Notes: generated by a model not told the origin, from the letters alone. A stretch of DNA of 64,000 nt from Octopus sinensis (GCF_006345805.1 NC_043021.1:23374001-23438000), one strand, 5' to 3'; shown: positions 25,469 through 39,426, counted from the first letter of the stretch. Program-made: numbers and translations.

Positions 25469-26420
25469 TACGGAGGGTGTTCATTATAGATTTCTCCCGA
25501 CCCACATCTCAAAGACTGGGATAAACGAAACTTGGCATAATTATTAGCCCTTCTCTACATGGCCACCACCTATGGAAACACACCTCTCACATCACTTTAT
25601 GCAGCTGTGAAAACGTCGTCTGTAGAAGTTGGTAGGTTGCGTCTGGAACTAAGACTTTACCTCGGAAATAAGTTCATCATCCGAAAAATGCTTCCCCTTC
25701 AAAAAAGATTTCTTGATTGGAAAGAGGTGGAAGTCCGATGGTGGAGGTTGGTGTGAGGTAGAATAAGGGGTGAGGAAGGACTTCATAGCTGCAGGAGTTT
25801 GCTTCTATCTGAACAACATGCACACATTGTGAACCAGGCATTGTCTTACAGGAGGCAGGATATTTGGTCAGCATGCACGCCTCTGCTTCGATGCTGTCCC
25901 GCAATTTCTGCAGCAGAAAAGCATAATATATCGCCCCAGTTAATTGTGGTTCCCATTGCCTCGACTGGACTTTAGTCTCAGAATCATAGTGATGGACCCA
26001 TGTTTCATGTTCATCCTGTGTGATAAAGTCTACTGCAAATCAGTCCTCTCGTTTTCTTGACATTGTCAAAATGGGCGCAATTGCCTCGTTCCTGCTTCTG
26101 AAAGACGTGATCATCCTGTGATCCATCGTGCAGACAACTCTCGCATGTGCAAATGGTCATGAATGACTTTTTCCATGGACTCTGCTCTTTATCTTCATTT
26201 CTTGGGCTAGTTGCCGAATTGTTATGCGGTGATCCTACAAAATGCTGGCTTCCATTTTATGGATAGTGCAGAAGTTCATGGGAGCATGAAATCGCATGTC
26301 TGAAGTAATTCAGAAAAGTGGTGGTCAAGCACATTATTTTTGAGGCACTGTAAGAGAATATCAATGAAATATATCATAATTCCCCCAGTTTTGCATCAGT
26401 TTCAAATTTGCACTTAACAT
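25469..26420 (-). mobile_element. Degenerate mariner transposon
   Basis: Minus strand PYS..PPSDFHLFP..KGKHFSDDELISEVK..W/CERCVSIGGGHVEK C-terminus; TA-CGGAGGGTGTTC end at 25469. Confidence 0.75.
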
Positions 26421-27612
26421 CATCAGACATTATAATTTGAAAGGGGCAGGTTCTGGAACTGTATGATTTTTCTTAATTATTATCCCATTTATTTTGGATT
26501 TCAATAAATTTGAATATTGCAATGCCTTCTTTAATTCCATTTCCTAACTAGAGGTGAGTGTCATGATTTTGAGGAGTATAGTACGCCAGAAAAAAATAGT
26601 GCCCTTGCTTAATAGTTTTGAAGAGTAATTTATGTGTATGTACATTTTTATAAACACACGAAATTATTTGACAAAAAATTAAATTTAAATGTTGAAGTGA
26701 AGCTAACGGTGTTTTGTGTGTTCTTAAATGTCTTATAAACTTCTTCCACGCTGCAATTTCTTTGTTTCATCAGTTCACCACAGCACACGACTCAAGTAAG
26801 TACTTTCTATACAAGTACATCTCCGTAAATTGTATGTATGTATGCAAGTATGTATATATGGATGTATAAGAGAATATATATGTACGTTTTGCATGCTGTG
26901 ATTCTGTATGTGGTGCAGGTCGCTCATATTAGAATCTCTTATATCATGAGCCTTACACAATAATGCACAGATGGCGTTGTCGCTGTCTTCGCTGATTTCC
27001 GCCTGCTGCAACATTCTTACCGCTGCTAGAAGTATGTGGCCAACTAGTGAAAAACATCTGCTTATTCACACCATCTCTCTCAACAAGAATCCTTCCAAGA
27101 ACTCTCGTGGTCACATACTGTAAAGAAAGCCACGCATGTAATTAGCAAGGAAGCTCCTAGCATCTATGGGCCTTAGATATACTTTTTACAGGTCCAAACT
27201 CGTGCTTATGTTGTGGCATTTGTCAGCAGAGGCTGGCCAGTTACTTTGTAGAGTTAAATGCTGAAGAATCCACCAAAAGAGATAAACAAGTCAGGGTGGT
27301 TGACTGTGAGATAATTTCTGGTTGGTTGGATTTCGGGTGGTACCTTGCTGCTGAAAAGATTTAGCACTATTGTTACTGTTGCAGCTGTTGCTGTTGTTGT
27401 TGCTTCTACTGCGCGAGAACAATAAAACATGAAGAAGATACATAGTCAGATAGATAGTTTCACTGATAGACAGACAGACAAACAAACAGGCAGCCATGCG
27501 GGCAAGCAGGCAGACAGGTAGGCAGGCAGGCAGACAAGCGAGCATATGTTTACGCCAATCATGTTATCGAAAAAACAAAAATACGTCCTAAGAAGAAAGT
27601 AGTAGTAGTAGT

Positions 27613-27654
<42 letters not shown>

Positions 27655-28178
27655 CAGAGTAGTAGTAGTTTGTTTTATGTTGCTTTAAACCATTATGTTG
27701 ATAGTATTTTTGTTGATTCAAATGATTGTCCTCTCTTTGTGTTATTCAACCAACATTTCGAAATAAATATGGACGAATTCACAAATCAACTATTATTTGT
27801 TAAATTTGAGAAAATCTATTTAAAGGCAAAACATTTCGTGATGGTGACGGTTGAAACGTCAGTTAATACTGTTTCGGGGCTGCCCTGGGGTTAAACAAGG
27901 AAACACAAACAATAATAACAGTAAAAATAGCAATGATCTAGCAGAAGTGGCATCAAACTTTATTCTCATAATCATTAATTGGTTAATTTTTATTCTACAG
28001 ATAGTTAAGATACTTTCCATATGTGCATGTTCCTCCTTGCTTGGATATACCAATATACATGCATGCATACATACATACATACATATATATATATATATAA
28101 TATATATATTTAGAAAGACATAGATATTTAAGAGTATGTATGTTATGTGTATATTATATATACTCACTCATTCGTATG

Positions 28179-28214
<36 letters not shown>

Positions 28215-28377
28215 TGTATGTATGTATGTATGTATGTATGTATGCATGTATGTATGAATAATATAGGAGGTATAACTATATAGAAGCTAGTATTGTTTGT
28301 GTATACATGTACACGATTACAAGTACGTACTGCACTAATGAAACAGTCCCCTTTTACTTTTATTATTATTATTATTA

Positions 28378-28423
<46 letters not shown>

Positions 28424-29416
28424 GGTAGCTATACTCAGTAAACAAGTCCAAAGTCCAACACGCGAATAAATCTTGAATTCTACCCAGTAACTAGGTACAT
28501 TATGTAAACTCCCTTTGTCATCGTTGAACTGGCCTTTGATCCATTCTTCTAATTTTTCAGCAGATGTATTTTTGCATTTTGAAGAGATGTCTCTAAGATT
28601 GTCCCACATCCTGCAATGTAACAAAATAAATTGGTGTTTTTAATCAACACACTTACTCAGACAAATTACACTCAGACAACAAACACACTCGGATAGGCAG
28701 AGATCAGACAGACTAACAGACAGACAGACACACACACACAGAGTAACAGAGTTTGCTTTTATTGTCTAATGCTAACTCAGTTTGAATCTGGAGGCAAATT
28801 CAACTCTGCAAGAGGTGGGAGAATACCAATTCCAGAAGCAAGAAAAGTCGAAAGCAACTGTAGGGAACTTGCTTTTATATCGCAACAAATCTCACACTAA
28901 GAGAATCAAGTGGATTTGACTGGTGGACTCGTTTTTTTATCAGAAGAAAGAAGCCACATTTCAGGACTGATTTGATGAGAAACTTGTCAGGGGATTAGAC
29001 GTGACCTCGTGCCCTTTTGTTTTTGGTTGCCACGATTTTGTTAGCAAGATCGGTTGCGCTTTAGCTGCAGGAGATTGGTTTGCAATCCAGAGAAATAAAG
29101 ATAGTCACCAAGAGATAGACATGGCAGCTGAAAGCAGCTCAACATGGTTGTAGCTGACAAGAGATCGCTGATGGAAACCTTCAGCAATCAAAAGATAAAT
29201 CAGTCGCCACTGGCCAACTCCGGAAGAGCGTACAGATGAAGAAGCATGTCATTTATGACCCTCAGATACTCGCTGAATACGAAAGGGATTCCCTACATTG
29301 ACATGACTTTAGCCACCAACAGAAGAGCGTTGAATACCTCTAAACAGCTCCTACAAGTTCTGTGTGGAGTAACCTCGCTGGTGTTTATTTTATCTATAAC
29401 TCAACCCGTAAACACA

Positions 29417-29448
<32 letters not shown>

Positions 29449-29759
29449 CATACATGCATACATACATCATACATACATACACATGCATACATACATACAT
29501 GCATACATACATACATACATACATACGTACATACATGCATACATGCATAGATCATACATACATACATACATACATACATACATACATACATACATACATA
29601 CATACATACCATACATATATATACATACATACATGCATACATACATACATACATACATACATACATGCATACATACATACATACATACACACACACACAC
29701 CATACGTACATCAAATCACTATACGTCTCGCCCAACACAAAGTGAAGAAGATGGAAATA

Positions 29760-31000
29760 ATGTTTGACTTTATTGAACTGATCAACCTTCAAAAGAAGCT
29801 AAAAAGCTATCAGTGAGAAACTCCAACATCAATGAAGGGAAAGTGAGAAAATAATCAAGGAAAAATTTAACCAAAACCAGGCAGTTGTATACAGAGATAT
29901 GAGAAGAAAAGCAGTAGATGCCATAGAAGCTTCTTCACTATAAAATATAGATTCCTTCTGGTGAAAATCTGGAGACATGCAGCGTCAATGGCGATGCTCT
30001 TGCGACTGCAATTCAAAACCTTCTTCATAGAAAAGCCTACTTTCAATCTGTACCCACAAGTTTCAATGGGGATATTAGCATGCCACACTGGTTAGCTCTA
30101 GTAGTGACAAAAACTGATCCCTCAAAAGCAAAAACCACCCGCGTGGCAAAGAATTACTGTCCAATTGCATGTCAGTACTTAATATTGTATAAAGTATATA
30201 CTGCCAGTTTAAATCTTTTCCTTCAAGACCATTGTGAAACTAATATCACCTGAGCAGAACAAGTAGCTTGGATGAAGGGAGATTGAGGGTGTGCTGAGCA
30301 ATTATTAATAAACAAAACTACGGTGTCGGAGGTGCGGCAGCATAAGAGAAACCTGTTTTCAATGTGGTTGGAAAGCTTCTCTGACTCTGTTCACCACTCA
30401 TGAGATAGATGCCCTTCAACTCGTTAAAGTTCCAGAAAGTATATTCAAAGATATGATTCACTTGGAGTTTAATCAGGATAAATATTCTCATGTGCTTATG
30501 GAACGAGCGAAAACTTTAAACCAGACCAGCGGCATCTCGATCAGTGACTTAACTGTCTCTCCTATATCTGATGCGTAATGTTACAGGTACCTTGGGGTAT
30601 ATGAAAACATATCTAACGATGATAGTGTAATAAGTAACGCCTCACTAAAGCATGTAACAGATGGATAAGGAAAATATGAACCCCAGAACTCTCTGCATAC
30701 GTTAAAATAATGAACCACAATGTATTTGCAATACCAATATAGTATGCATTTCGGCTATTTGCTTGAATATTTTATGAGATCGGAACCTTTGATCTGAAAG
30801 CTTGAAAGATATTGACTAGTACAAAAAGTGCCTACATCAACAATGCCGTAGACTGCTGCCTCTACCTAAAAGGAAAACAAGATTAATGTTGACCTAAATA
30901 AGACAGGATTGTCGTTCAAAGCAGCAGCAAAAAAAAACAAAACAAAAACACTTTAATAAAGCTCAATATCCATAGAAATATGGAGAAAATATTCCTTTAG
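29760..31000 (+). mobile_element. Degenerate Dong/R4-type LINE ORF fragment
   Basis: KFNQNQAVVYRDM, KNYCPIAC..ILYKVYTA, GCAEQLLINK..EVRQHKRNL..W, YRYLGVYENI; many stops. Confidence 0.7.
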
Positions 31001-31325
31001 CTATAGGCACTAGGACTGAAAAAGGAGCTGGGAAAATATTGCAGAGAAAAAATACTTCCTCCACTACAAATATCATGCTTTAAGTGGTTACATAGTTTTA
31101 TCTTGGTTGATTGGTTATTTGCTTGCTTGGTAGATATAGACTTATCATGCCGTTGTTATCGTAATATTCAAAGGTGGTGCTTTGAGAGGTTAGCAGGGAA
31201 TTTTACATGTAACAGCAAAGAATATCCCTCAATGGTTCGTCACACCACGATGGAATGGGTAGTAAATGCATGTTATTCAGCTACACACAGACATCTTCAA
31301 TATTTTACTTGTTACTGTTTTGGAA

Positions 31326-31560
31326 GGTGGCGAGCTGGCAGAACGGTAGCACGCCGGGGCGAAATGCGTAGCCGTATTTCGTCTGCCGTTACGTTCTGAG
31401 TTCAAATTCCGCCGAGTTGACTTTGCCTTTCATCCTTTCGGGGTCGATAAATTAAGTACCAGTTACGGACTGGAGTCGATGGAATCGACTTAATCCCTTT
31501 GTCTGCCCTTGTTTGTCCCCTCTATGTTTAGCCCCTTGTGGGTAGTAAAGAAATAAATAT
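31326..31560 (+). mobile_element. tRNA-derived SINE with Meta-like core
   Basis: GGCGAGCTGGCAGAACGGTAG (A box), GTTCAAATTCC (B box), core GACTTTGCCTTTCATCCTTTCGGGGTCGATAAATTAAGTACCAG. Confidence 0.75.
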
Positions 31561-31930
31561 TTTACTTGTTTCATTCATTTAAGCTGCGGCCATATTGTGG
31601 CGTCGCCTTGAAGAATTTTAGTCGAGCGTATCGATAACAGTCCTCATTGTTTAAGCCTATCTATTTTGCCGAACCGAACCGCTTTCATGGGGACGTATAC
31701 ACACCAACACCGGTAGTCGTGCACACACAGATACACATACACGCACATACACACACACATACACACACACACACAAACGACGGCCTTCGTTCAGTTCATG
31801 CCTATCAAATCCACTCAAGGATCTGGTCGGCTCGAGGTTGTAGAAGAAGACACTTGCCCAAGGTGCCATGCAGTAGGACTGAACCGGAACCATGTGATTT
31901 GGAAGCAAGCTTCTTCCTACACAGCACACA
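31560..31930 (-). mobile_element. tRNA-derived SINE (OK/OR-like), degenerate
   Basis: Reverse complement of the 42876-43292 family including the tail (gctgcggccat, ccgaaccg, ccactcaagg). Confidence 0.7.
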
Positions 31931-32559
31931 TATGTTATATCCTGATATCCAGAACGACACCCGTCCATCTGAATGTTCGAGCAAAATTGAACTGAGTCTC
32001 CGCCAACAATTACATGTCCCTCCACAACACCAAGATGTCCCTCACTCGATCAATGCAACCATCATCACGAATACCACACCACCTCTATTACAACAACAAA
32101 AATAACAAATACTTACATTTTATAGTAATGTGTTTTGGACGTCTTTATGGGTTCACTGAATAACTGCCACATTTTCTTGCGGTGATCCCAGCCAACATTA
32201 CAGAAATCATTGTCTGTGTAACATTTACGTTGTATTTTCACGACAATTTTGTTGGCATTCTTACAATCGAGTGACGGACGTTGGTAGACTTTCGTTAAAT
32301 CATCTATGAAACATCTTATGATACTATTTATCCAGATATTACCCTGTGAATATTAGACAGTGGTTAGTGAAAGCAAAAATTTAGTTTTGGGGATTGTTTA
32401 TTTATTTATTTGGGGGGAGTGAATAGTAATTCTGTGTAATTTTAACACAAGACCAATAATTTTGAGAGGAATGGAGACCAACTACATAACAAACCCCAGT
32501 ACTTTGTATCTCTAATTTGGGGGAGTAGGAAACAGATAACAAGAATGGCACGTAGAAGA

Positions 32560-32880
32560 TGGAAGAGTAAAAAAAAAACCTTCGGTCATGAATGACCATG
32601 GGATTACAACTAGAAAGCTGCCCTCCGAAGCACAAATCCGGGAAGGGTTATGGAAAGCCAGTAGTCATCTATGCATACCAGCCTCCCCTCTCCACACCAA
32701 AGGAAAAGCCGATACAGCTTGGCACCACTGAGTTCACAACTCATTTCTACAGCTGAGTGAACTGGAGCAGCGTGAAATAAAATGTCTTGCGCAAGAACAT
32801 AACACACAGTGCACTCCGGGAATCGAACTCACAACCTCATGCTTGTGAGCCCGACACTCTAACCACTGTGTTATGCGCCT
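32560..32880 (-). mobile_element. tRNA-derived CORE-like SINE
   Basis: Reverse complement ggcgcataacacagtggttagagtgtcgggctcacaagc..gagttcgattcccgg head, then cttgcgcaagacatttta..ctgctccagttcactcagctgtagaaatgag core. Confidence 0.65.
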
Positions 32881-33134
32881 TTACATGGGATAATGTATAT
32901 ATTAAAAATAGTGAAGAGATGAAAGGGAAAACAGAGAGACACGTTGCTTCAGTTCACTCAGCAGTAGAAATGAGCTACGACCTCAGTGGTACCAAGTTGT
33001 ATCGGCTTCTGAAAGGATGAAAGTTAAAGTCAACCTTGGCAGAATTTTAGCTCAGAATGTATAGACGGGCGAAATACTGCTAAGCATTTTGCCCGGGTGT
33101 TAATGATTCTAGTAGCTCACCACTTTAATATTAC

Positions 33135-33215
<81 letters not shown>

Positions 33216-33272
33216 CATTATTATTATTATTATTATCATCATTATTATTATCTTATTATTGTTGTTTTGTTG

Positions 33273-33306
<34 letters not shown>

Positions 33307-33307
<1 letters not shown>

Positions 33308-33508
33308 GAGTGAGAGAGCAGAGCATGCCATCAAAGTGACACTGGGGTAAAATATACGAAGCCCAATATACCCATCATGACTACCCGTCTGATAAGGGTA
33401 CACCAGGCACATGCATCACAACCATATGTGCGCGACATGGTGATCTCATATCAAGATAAACAGCACATGACCTTGCAGGTGGGATCCAGTTAGAATTTTC
33501 TTCAGGTT
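33307..33508 (-). mobile_element. 5'-truncated copy of the ~560-bp (TAA)n element
   Basis: Matches 9931-10130; flanked by (TAT)n and (TAA)n tracts. Confidence 0.8.
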
Positions 33509-33629
33509 GATTATACTATTATTTTATTATTATTATTATTAGTTATTATCATCCTCATCATCATCATCATCATCATCATCAATAATAATAATAATAACAA
33601 TAATAACAATAATAATAATAATAATAATG

Positions 33630-33701
<72 letters not shown>

Positions 33702-33789
33702 CGTTTTGGAATTTGGTTTGCAAGATTCTTTGCGTGAAGTATACTCTATTGCGTCTGGGGTGAGTCATTCTCTTATACAAACTCGTAAG

Positions 33790-33983
33790 AAAAACACCAG
33801 AACTTACAAATATATATAACATACAGAAAATTGCACTACTGGGTACTGCACACATCCTACGCAAACACTTTCAATACAGTAACCATAAGAGCATCACAAC
33901 AAATCACAGCACATACCCAAGGCACACAGAGCTGCGCTCCTTAGTGAGGTGAAAGCATGTTGTAAAAATAAAAACTACTGAAT
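33790..33983 (+). mobile_element. Dong/R4-type LINE 3' fragment (family B)
   Basis: KTPELTNIYNIQKIALLGTAHILRK, then the same 3'UTR as 12810-12910; ends ctactgaataataa. Confidence 0.8.
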
Positions 33984-34043
33984 AATAACGATAACATCGA
34001 AAAATACCTTAGGAATGAGAACCCAGGTTCGAAATTTCCCCAA

Positions 34044-34089
34044 GACACCTGATGAAGGCTGGAGGGTATATCAGCCGAAACGTTGTGTT
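34044..34089 (+). ncRNA. Minimal type I hammerhead ribozyme (Penelope-type)
   Basis: Stem I GACAC/GTGTT; core CTGATGA (34049-34055) plus one extra A; stem II GGCTG/CAGCC; GAAA; palindromic stem III AACGTT; predicted cleavage after GUU at 34084. Confidence 0.75.
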
Positions 34090-34637
34090 AACAACAAACA
34101 AGATGAGGACAAATAACCGTCAACTGTAAATAATGTAAATGAGGTCATATAGGATGAATGAAAATAAGCGGAAAGTGTTTCTTAAAGTGGCGAGGGATGA
34201 TGGTAGTGATGGTACTAGTGCGGGCAATAGTGGGGTCTCCCTTCTCTCTTTCGCTGTGGGCAAAAAGCCTTCAGACAATTTGTGTTCGCACACAGATGCC
34301 AAACAACAGCAGAAATTGTATTCACCTCAATAGACGTCATTGATTGGTTGAAATTGCCGAAATGCAAGAAATTAACAACAAATAGCTTACAAACTACAGA
34401 ATTTTCTCAAGAACGCCAAGGGAAAAAAGATGTTTTATGTGACACATTCTACCAGTATACGAAGTTTAAAGTGTTTAGTTACAAAGAAATTAATTTGAAA
34501 AGATCCGATAATTTTGCTCAGACCCATATGGTCTGCAGAAAACACGACAACAAAAAGGGAAAGAAAAATAGACTTCAAAACAATTCAATAGCTCAGAGAC
34601 CGGGATGATAAACAATAATAACGATAACAACAACAAC

Positions 34638-35157
34638 GATGCAATACGAAACAGTGGCTCTCATGGCTTCTGATCATAACAGATTGGAAGTGTTGTTATG
34701 TATAAAAGATGGGCTACAGCAAATATTCTGCTCAATACCACAGATTTGCTTGTCAGTTGTTTGACCGTAACCAGCTGAGCATATCCTTTAGTATGTGCAT
34801 CTCTGATCAAGAGCAGAAGTAGTGGGGGCGCATCATAGCCATGTATTGAGAGGAATTCTTTGGGATTTGGATAATTCACTTCTGGAAACATGGGTGTTTC
34901 AGTCATCCTTAAACCTTATTCAATGACATTTTGAGTGGGATGGGCTATTCAACCTGAAAAAAATCGTAACTGCGCCCTACCTGCAAAGTCATGCGCTGTT
35001 TATCTTGATATGAGATCACAATGTCACGCACATATACTTGTGATGCATGTACCTGGTGTAACCTGATCAGATGGGTGGTCATGATGGGTAGATACACTGG
35101 GGTTCGTATATTTTACCCTTAGTGTCACTTTGATGGCATTCACTGCTCTCTCACTCA
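34638..35157 (+). mobile_element. Diverged copy of the ~560-bp (TAA)n element
   Basis: Starts gatgcaatacgaaacagtggctctcatggcttctgatc and ends ctgctctctcactca(ATA)n. Confidence 0.8.
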
Positions 35158-35213
35158 ATAATAATAATTAACCTGAGTAAACAAGATCGAGCGCTCTCAG
35201 AAGTAACATAATG

Positions 35214-35247
<34 letters not shown>

Positions 35248-35359
35248 GTAATAATAATAAATAATAATAAATAATAGTAATAATAATAATAATAATAATA
35301 AGAAGAAGAAGAAGAAAAGAAGAAGAAGAAGAAGAAGAAGAAGAGTAATGCTATTGGCA

Positions 35360-35790
35360 CAAGGCCTGGATTTTGTGGGGAGTGGAGACAATCGATCACA
35401 TAAATCCCCGTACTCAACAGGTACTTAATTAATCCAAACCTAAAAAGGATGAAATGTAAAGTCGACCACGGAGGAATTTGAACTCATAATGTTGCATGCG
35501 AAAGGATGAAAGGCAAATTCGATCTCGGCGGAAATTGAACTTAGAACTTAGCGGCAGACGAAATACCTATTTCTTTACTACCCTCAAGGGGAAAAACACA
35601 GAAAGGACAAACGGATTAAGTCGATTATATCGACCCTAGTGCGTACCTGGTATTTTATTTATCGACCTCGAAAGGATGAAAGGCAAAGTCGACCTCGGCG
35701 GAATTTGAACTCAGAACGTAACGGCAGACGAAATACAGCTACGCATTTCGACCGGCGTGCTAACATTTCTGCCAGCTCGCCGCCTTACGA
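35360..35790 (-). mobile_element. Cluster of nested Meta-like SINE fragments
   Basis: Three repeats of aaaggatgaaaggcaaagtcgacctcggcggaatttgaactc; best copy at 35560-35790. Confidence 0.7.
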
Positions 35791-35949
35791 TATATTAATG
35801 ATAATAAAACATGACATCCTCCTTCCTTTTAACTCTCTCTCTCTCTCTCCATGCTCTCACACCCTCTCTACCTTTAACTTTCCCACTTTCTCCTTCTCTC
35901 TTACACTTTCTCCCTTTCTCTCTCTCTCCTCTCCCCCTCTCTATCCCTC

Positions 35950-35983
<34 letters not shown>

Positions 35984-36282
35984 ACACACACACACACACA
36001 CGCGCGCGATTCTAATCAGAAGTTTGACCTACCACTTCAGCCACTGGAACTGAATTTTCTTTGGTTTTCAAACAATGAGCACGCGATTTATTCTTTTGCA
36101 CCTTTTCACCACAGGGAAACCTTTGGTTTAAACAATCATAGAACCTGCAGTCCAAATCCTTACTGTATTGCAGGCATTCCTTAGTGACATCTGAAAAATG
36201 GAGAAAAGAAAAAAGTAGGATGTTGTTCTTGTTGTTATTGTTGTATTAGAGGTTACTTCTAAAGCGGCGCTGATCAAACATA

Positions 36283-37000
36283 TAGGGTGTTCGGGGTAAA
36301 TTTGACAATTTTTATGTCTTCTGTTTTCCATGAACAACTTAATGTAGCAGTGAACAGTCAACGGCGTTGGTGAGCATGTTGAGAAAAAGTTTACTGATAT
36401 GGAGGACTGGAAGCCATTTGAACATTAGAGAAGAGTTCCTTGTATATTGACGACTCGTGCCGGGTGTCAGAATACTGACATTATGACTTCTGCTCAATGC
36501 TCTGTGAACATTATAAAGGCTGAAAGAAGTGACGGACAACTGCAACGGAGATACAAAGACGTGGACGACACAACAAGCGTTCTAACTGCGCCAGCACGCC
36601 AGAACAGGGCCTTAGGCTCAATTCAGACGGTTATATGAAGCTGCTGGAAACTGTGGTTGAAAATCTGTCTGGGGAGGGTTCTACTGAAATGCCATATGTG
36701 TTGGCCCACAGAATTCGATTCCTTGCCACACCTCCGGAAAGTCTGAAATCGGAGAATCTTTACAACTTTACGACTTCACCAGACCAAATTTCTGGACTTC
36801 TAATTCCCTCAATTTTAATACCATGGATTATTATGTGTGGGGCGCGGTTGAGAAAGATACCATCTGCACCGCTGGCAGCAAAATGGCGAGCTAGTGACCA
36901 AGAGAAACGCATGCGCTAGCTTCCGGAGACGTCTTCAGGCAGTGGTGGAAACTGAAGGCGACTACTTTGAATAAACTATCATTTGATAGCTAAGGCAACA
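36283..37000 (+). mobile_element. Degenerate Tc1/mariner transposase (possibly maT/DD37D-like)
   Basis: LRLNSDGYMKLLETVV and FWTSNSLNFNTMDYYVWGAVEKDT resemble WPPNSPDLNPxDYxVWG; its 5' ~110 bp recurs at 39941-40045. Confidence 0.7.
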
Positions 37001-37419
37001 AAAACTGTGTATATAGAAGCGAAGACCCAAACTTCTGAATGGTATTAATTACAGGTATGTGTAGTTCGATTTAGAGGAAGAATACATATTTCTAAGGCAT
37101 ATTACTATAGGGAAGCTTAACCGGCAGCATGGCACGGTATGAACGGATAGAATTTGTCTTCATAATCAGTTGATTATATCTAAGGAATGGTAATATAGTT
37201 AAGGATAGGCACATTAAAAATAATATATCTAAGAAGAGTCGAAAACGCATCTGGACCGATGCATTTGCACATTAAGGAAAGTGTTTGACAACCTAACAGA
37301 AATTACGTTTTATTCAATTCTTTTCTTTTATCTGTCGGCAACGAGACAAATTCAAAACTCTTCTAGTCTGTAGATATAGGAGTAGTGTTTAAATGTATTA
37401 TGTACGCGTTGGTGCGGCT

Positions 37420-37850
37420 GTGTGATAAGAAGCTTCCTTCGCAGCAACCTCATTCCTTGTTCAGACACACTCCATGGCTCCTTGGGCAATTATTTTCTAT
37501 AACCTCCAACCGACCAAAGCCTTGTGAGTGTATTTTCTTCAGAGGGAAACTGAAAGAAGCCCGCCGTTTATATAAATGTACCTGTGTGTGCATGTGCGTT
37601 TGTGTGTGTGTGTGTGTGTGTGCTTGTGTGTATGTGTGTGACCGTGTTTTTCCCTCTACTACCACTTTGCAACCGGTGTTGGTGTGTTTAAGTCCTCGTA
37701 ATCTAGCAGTTCGGCAAAAACGAATCGATACAATAAATACTAGGTTTAACAAATAATAAACACTGGGTTTGATTCATTGGACTAAGATTTATTCAAGGCA
37801 GAGCTGTAGCATGACCTTGGTCTAATGATTGGAACAATTAACTCGTAAAA
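37420..37850 (+). mobile_element. tRNA-derived SINE (OK/OR-like), degenerate
   Basis: accaaagccttgtgagtg..ggaaactgaaagaagcccg..gcagttcggcaaaa..gatacaataaatactagg tail. Confidence 0.7.
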
Positions 37851-38559
37851 GACAAAAGATATACTTGAATATATTAAAATCTTTGATTTGCTTCATTTCC
37901 AAAGAGGGCAAATCTTTGGATTGTAAACGGTAGGAGCTTCAGTCAGCAAACCGGCTGAAGTGTTTAAAGTTTTAAGAAGCAAGATCTCTAAACTCATATT
38001 GGCATTGCAAAATCGAGGTAAAACCAGCTCAAGCAAGGATAATACTCGGTGGAAACCAAATATCAAAGAGACAGACAGACAGAGGGAGAGGGAGGGAGAG
38101 AGAGTAAGGGAGAGATAGGAAGAGACAGAGAGACAGAGACCCGAGAGAGAGAGATTCCTGAAGAACTGTGAAACATATTGTTTTGTATCTTTTACTTGTT
38201 CCAGTCATTAGACTCCGGCCACACTGGAGCACCGCCTCGGAGAATTTTTAGTTGAACATATCGATCCTAGTAATTGATTTTTTTAAGCCTTGTACTCATT
38301 CTATCGCTATTTTTTGCCAAAATGCTAAGCTACTGACGTAAACACACCAACACTGGATGTCAAGCGGTGCTGGGGGGAACAAACACACACACACAGATAC
38401 ATGATGTACCCAAAAGTAACAGGAAACGTTCTCTGTGGGACAAAACCGTTGCAGTTCGGGCTTCCGCTGCAACTCTCAGGCATCAGTCTGCCGACCGACG
38501 TCGTCGACTTGTATCCTACTGTCTTTGTTTTGCGGTGCTTCTCCTCTGTTCGTCGATTT

Positions 38560-38718
38560 TTGCGATGGCTGAAACGAAGGAACAGCGTGCTTCCGTGTGA
38601 TTCTTCTTTTTCTGCTGGTTTAAACGGCGACCAAAACAGTTGTCATGCTTCAGATAGCGTACAAGGGCGCTGCCATGAGCAAAACACAAGTTTACGAGTG
38701 GTTTCCACAATTTAGAAA
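38560..38718 (+). mobile_element. Mariner transposase N-terminal fragment
   Basis: [11 protein letters not shown]...[27 protein letters not shown] matches the mariner helix-turn-helix N-terminus. Confidence 0.7.
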
Positions 38719-38783
38719 TATATATATATATATATATATACATATATATATACATATACATATATATATATGTGTGTGCGTGA

Positions 38784-38817
<34 letters not shown>

Positions 38818-38827
38818 ATGTACACAC

Positions 38828-38887
<60 letters not shown>

Positions 38888-39384
38888 TATATAGACGACG
38901 GGCTTCTTTAAGTTTCCGTCTACCACAGCTTTGATCGGCCCGAAGCTAAGTAGAAAACACTTGCCAAACGTGCCATACAGTGAGACTAAACCATGAACCA
39001 CGTGACTGGAAAGAACTTTTTTGACCACACAACCATGCTGCTGCATATATGCTGCATTTGGTGCAGCATGAAAGAACCAGTATTACCCAATTCCTTGACG
39101 TTATAAAGTTGTGTTTGATACCAAACATGAATTGATCCCGTATTCAGTAACAGACCTTCATTTTATAAGGTGTTTCCATTTTGTCGAATCACTGTGTATA
39201 TATATAAGTATGTATGCATATCTGTATGTATCTATGTATGTTTGCATGTTTGTATGCGTATGTATGTGTATGTATGTGTACATGTATGTATATATATATA
39301 TATATATATTTACCAAAAGAAAAACAGGATGCAAAGGATCTTGCGGTACTTACGTTTCTGGCTTTATTGAACAATTTATATCAA

Positions 39385-39426
<42 letters not shown>

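Noticed and set aside
27021-27117. Candidate 97-bp minus-strand exon (ctttctttacag ... G|GTAAGA)
   Set aside because: Good splice signals but no recognisable peptide and no compatible neighbouring exon; needs RNA-seq.
28484-28610. Candidate minus-strand exon MWDNLRDISSKCKNTSAEKLEEWIKGQF...
   Set aside because: Plausible acceptor but weak donor and no recognisable homology; could be TE-derived.
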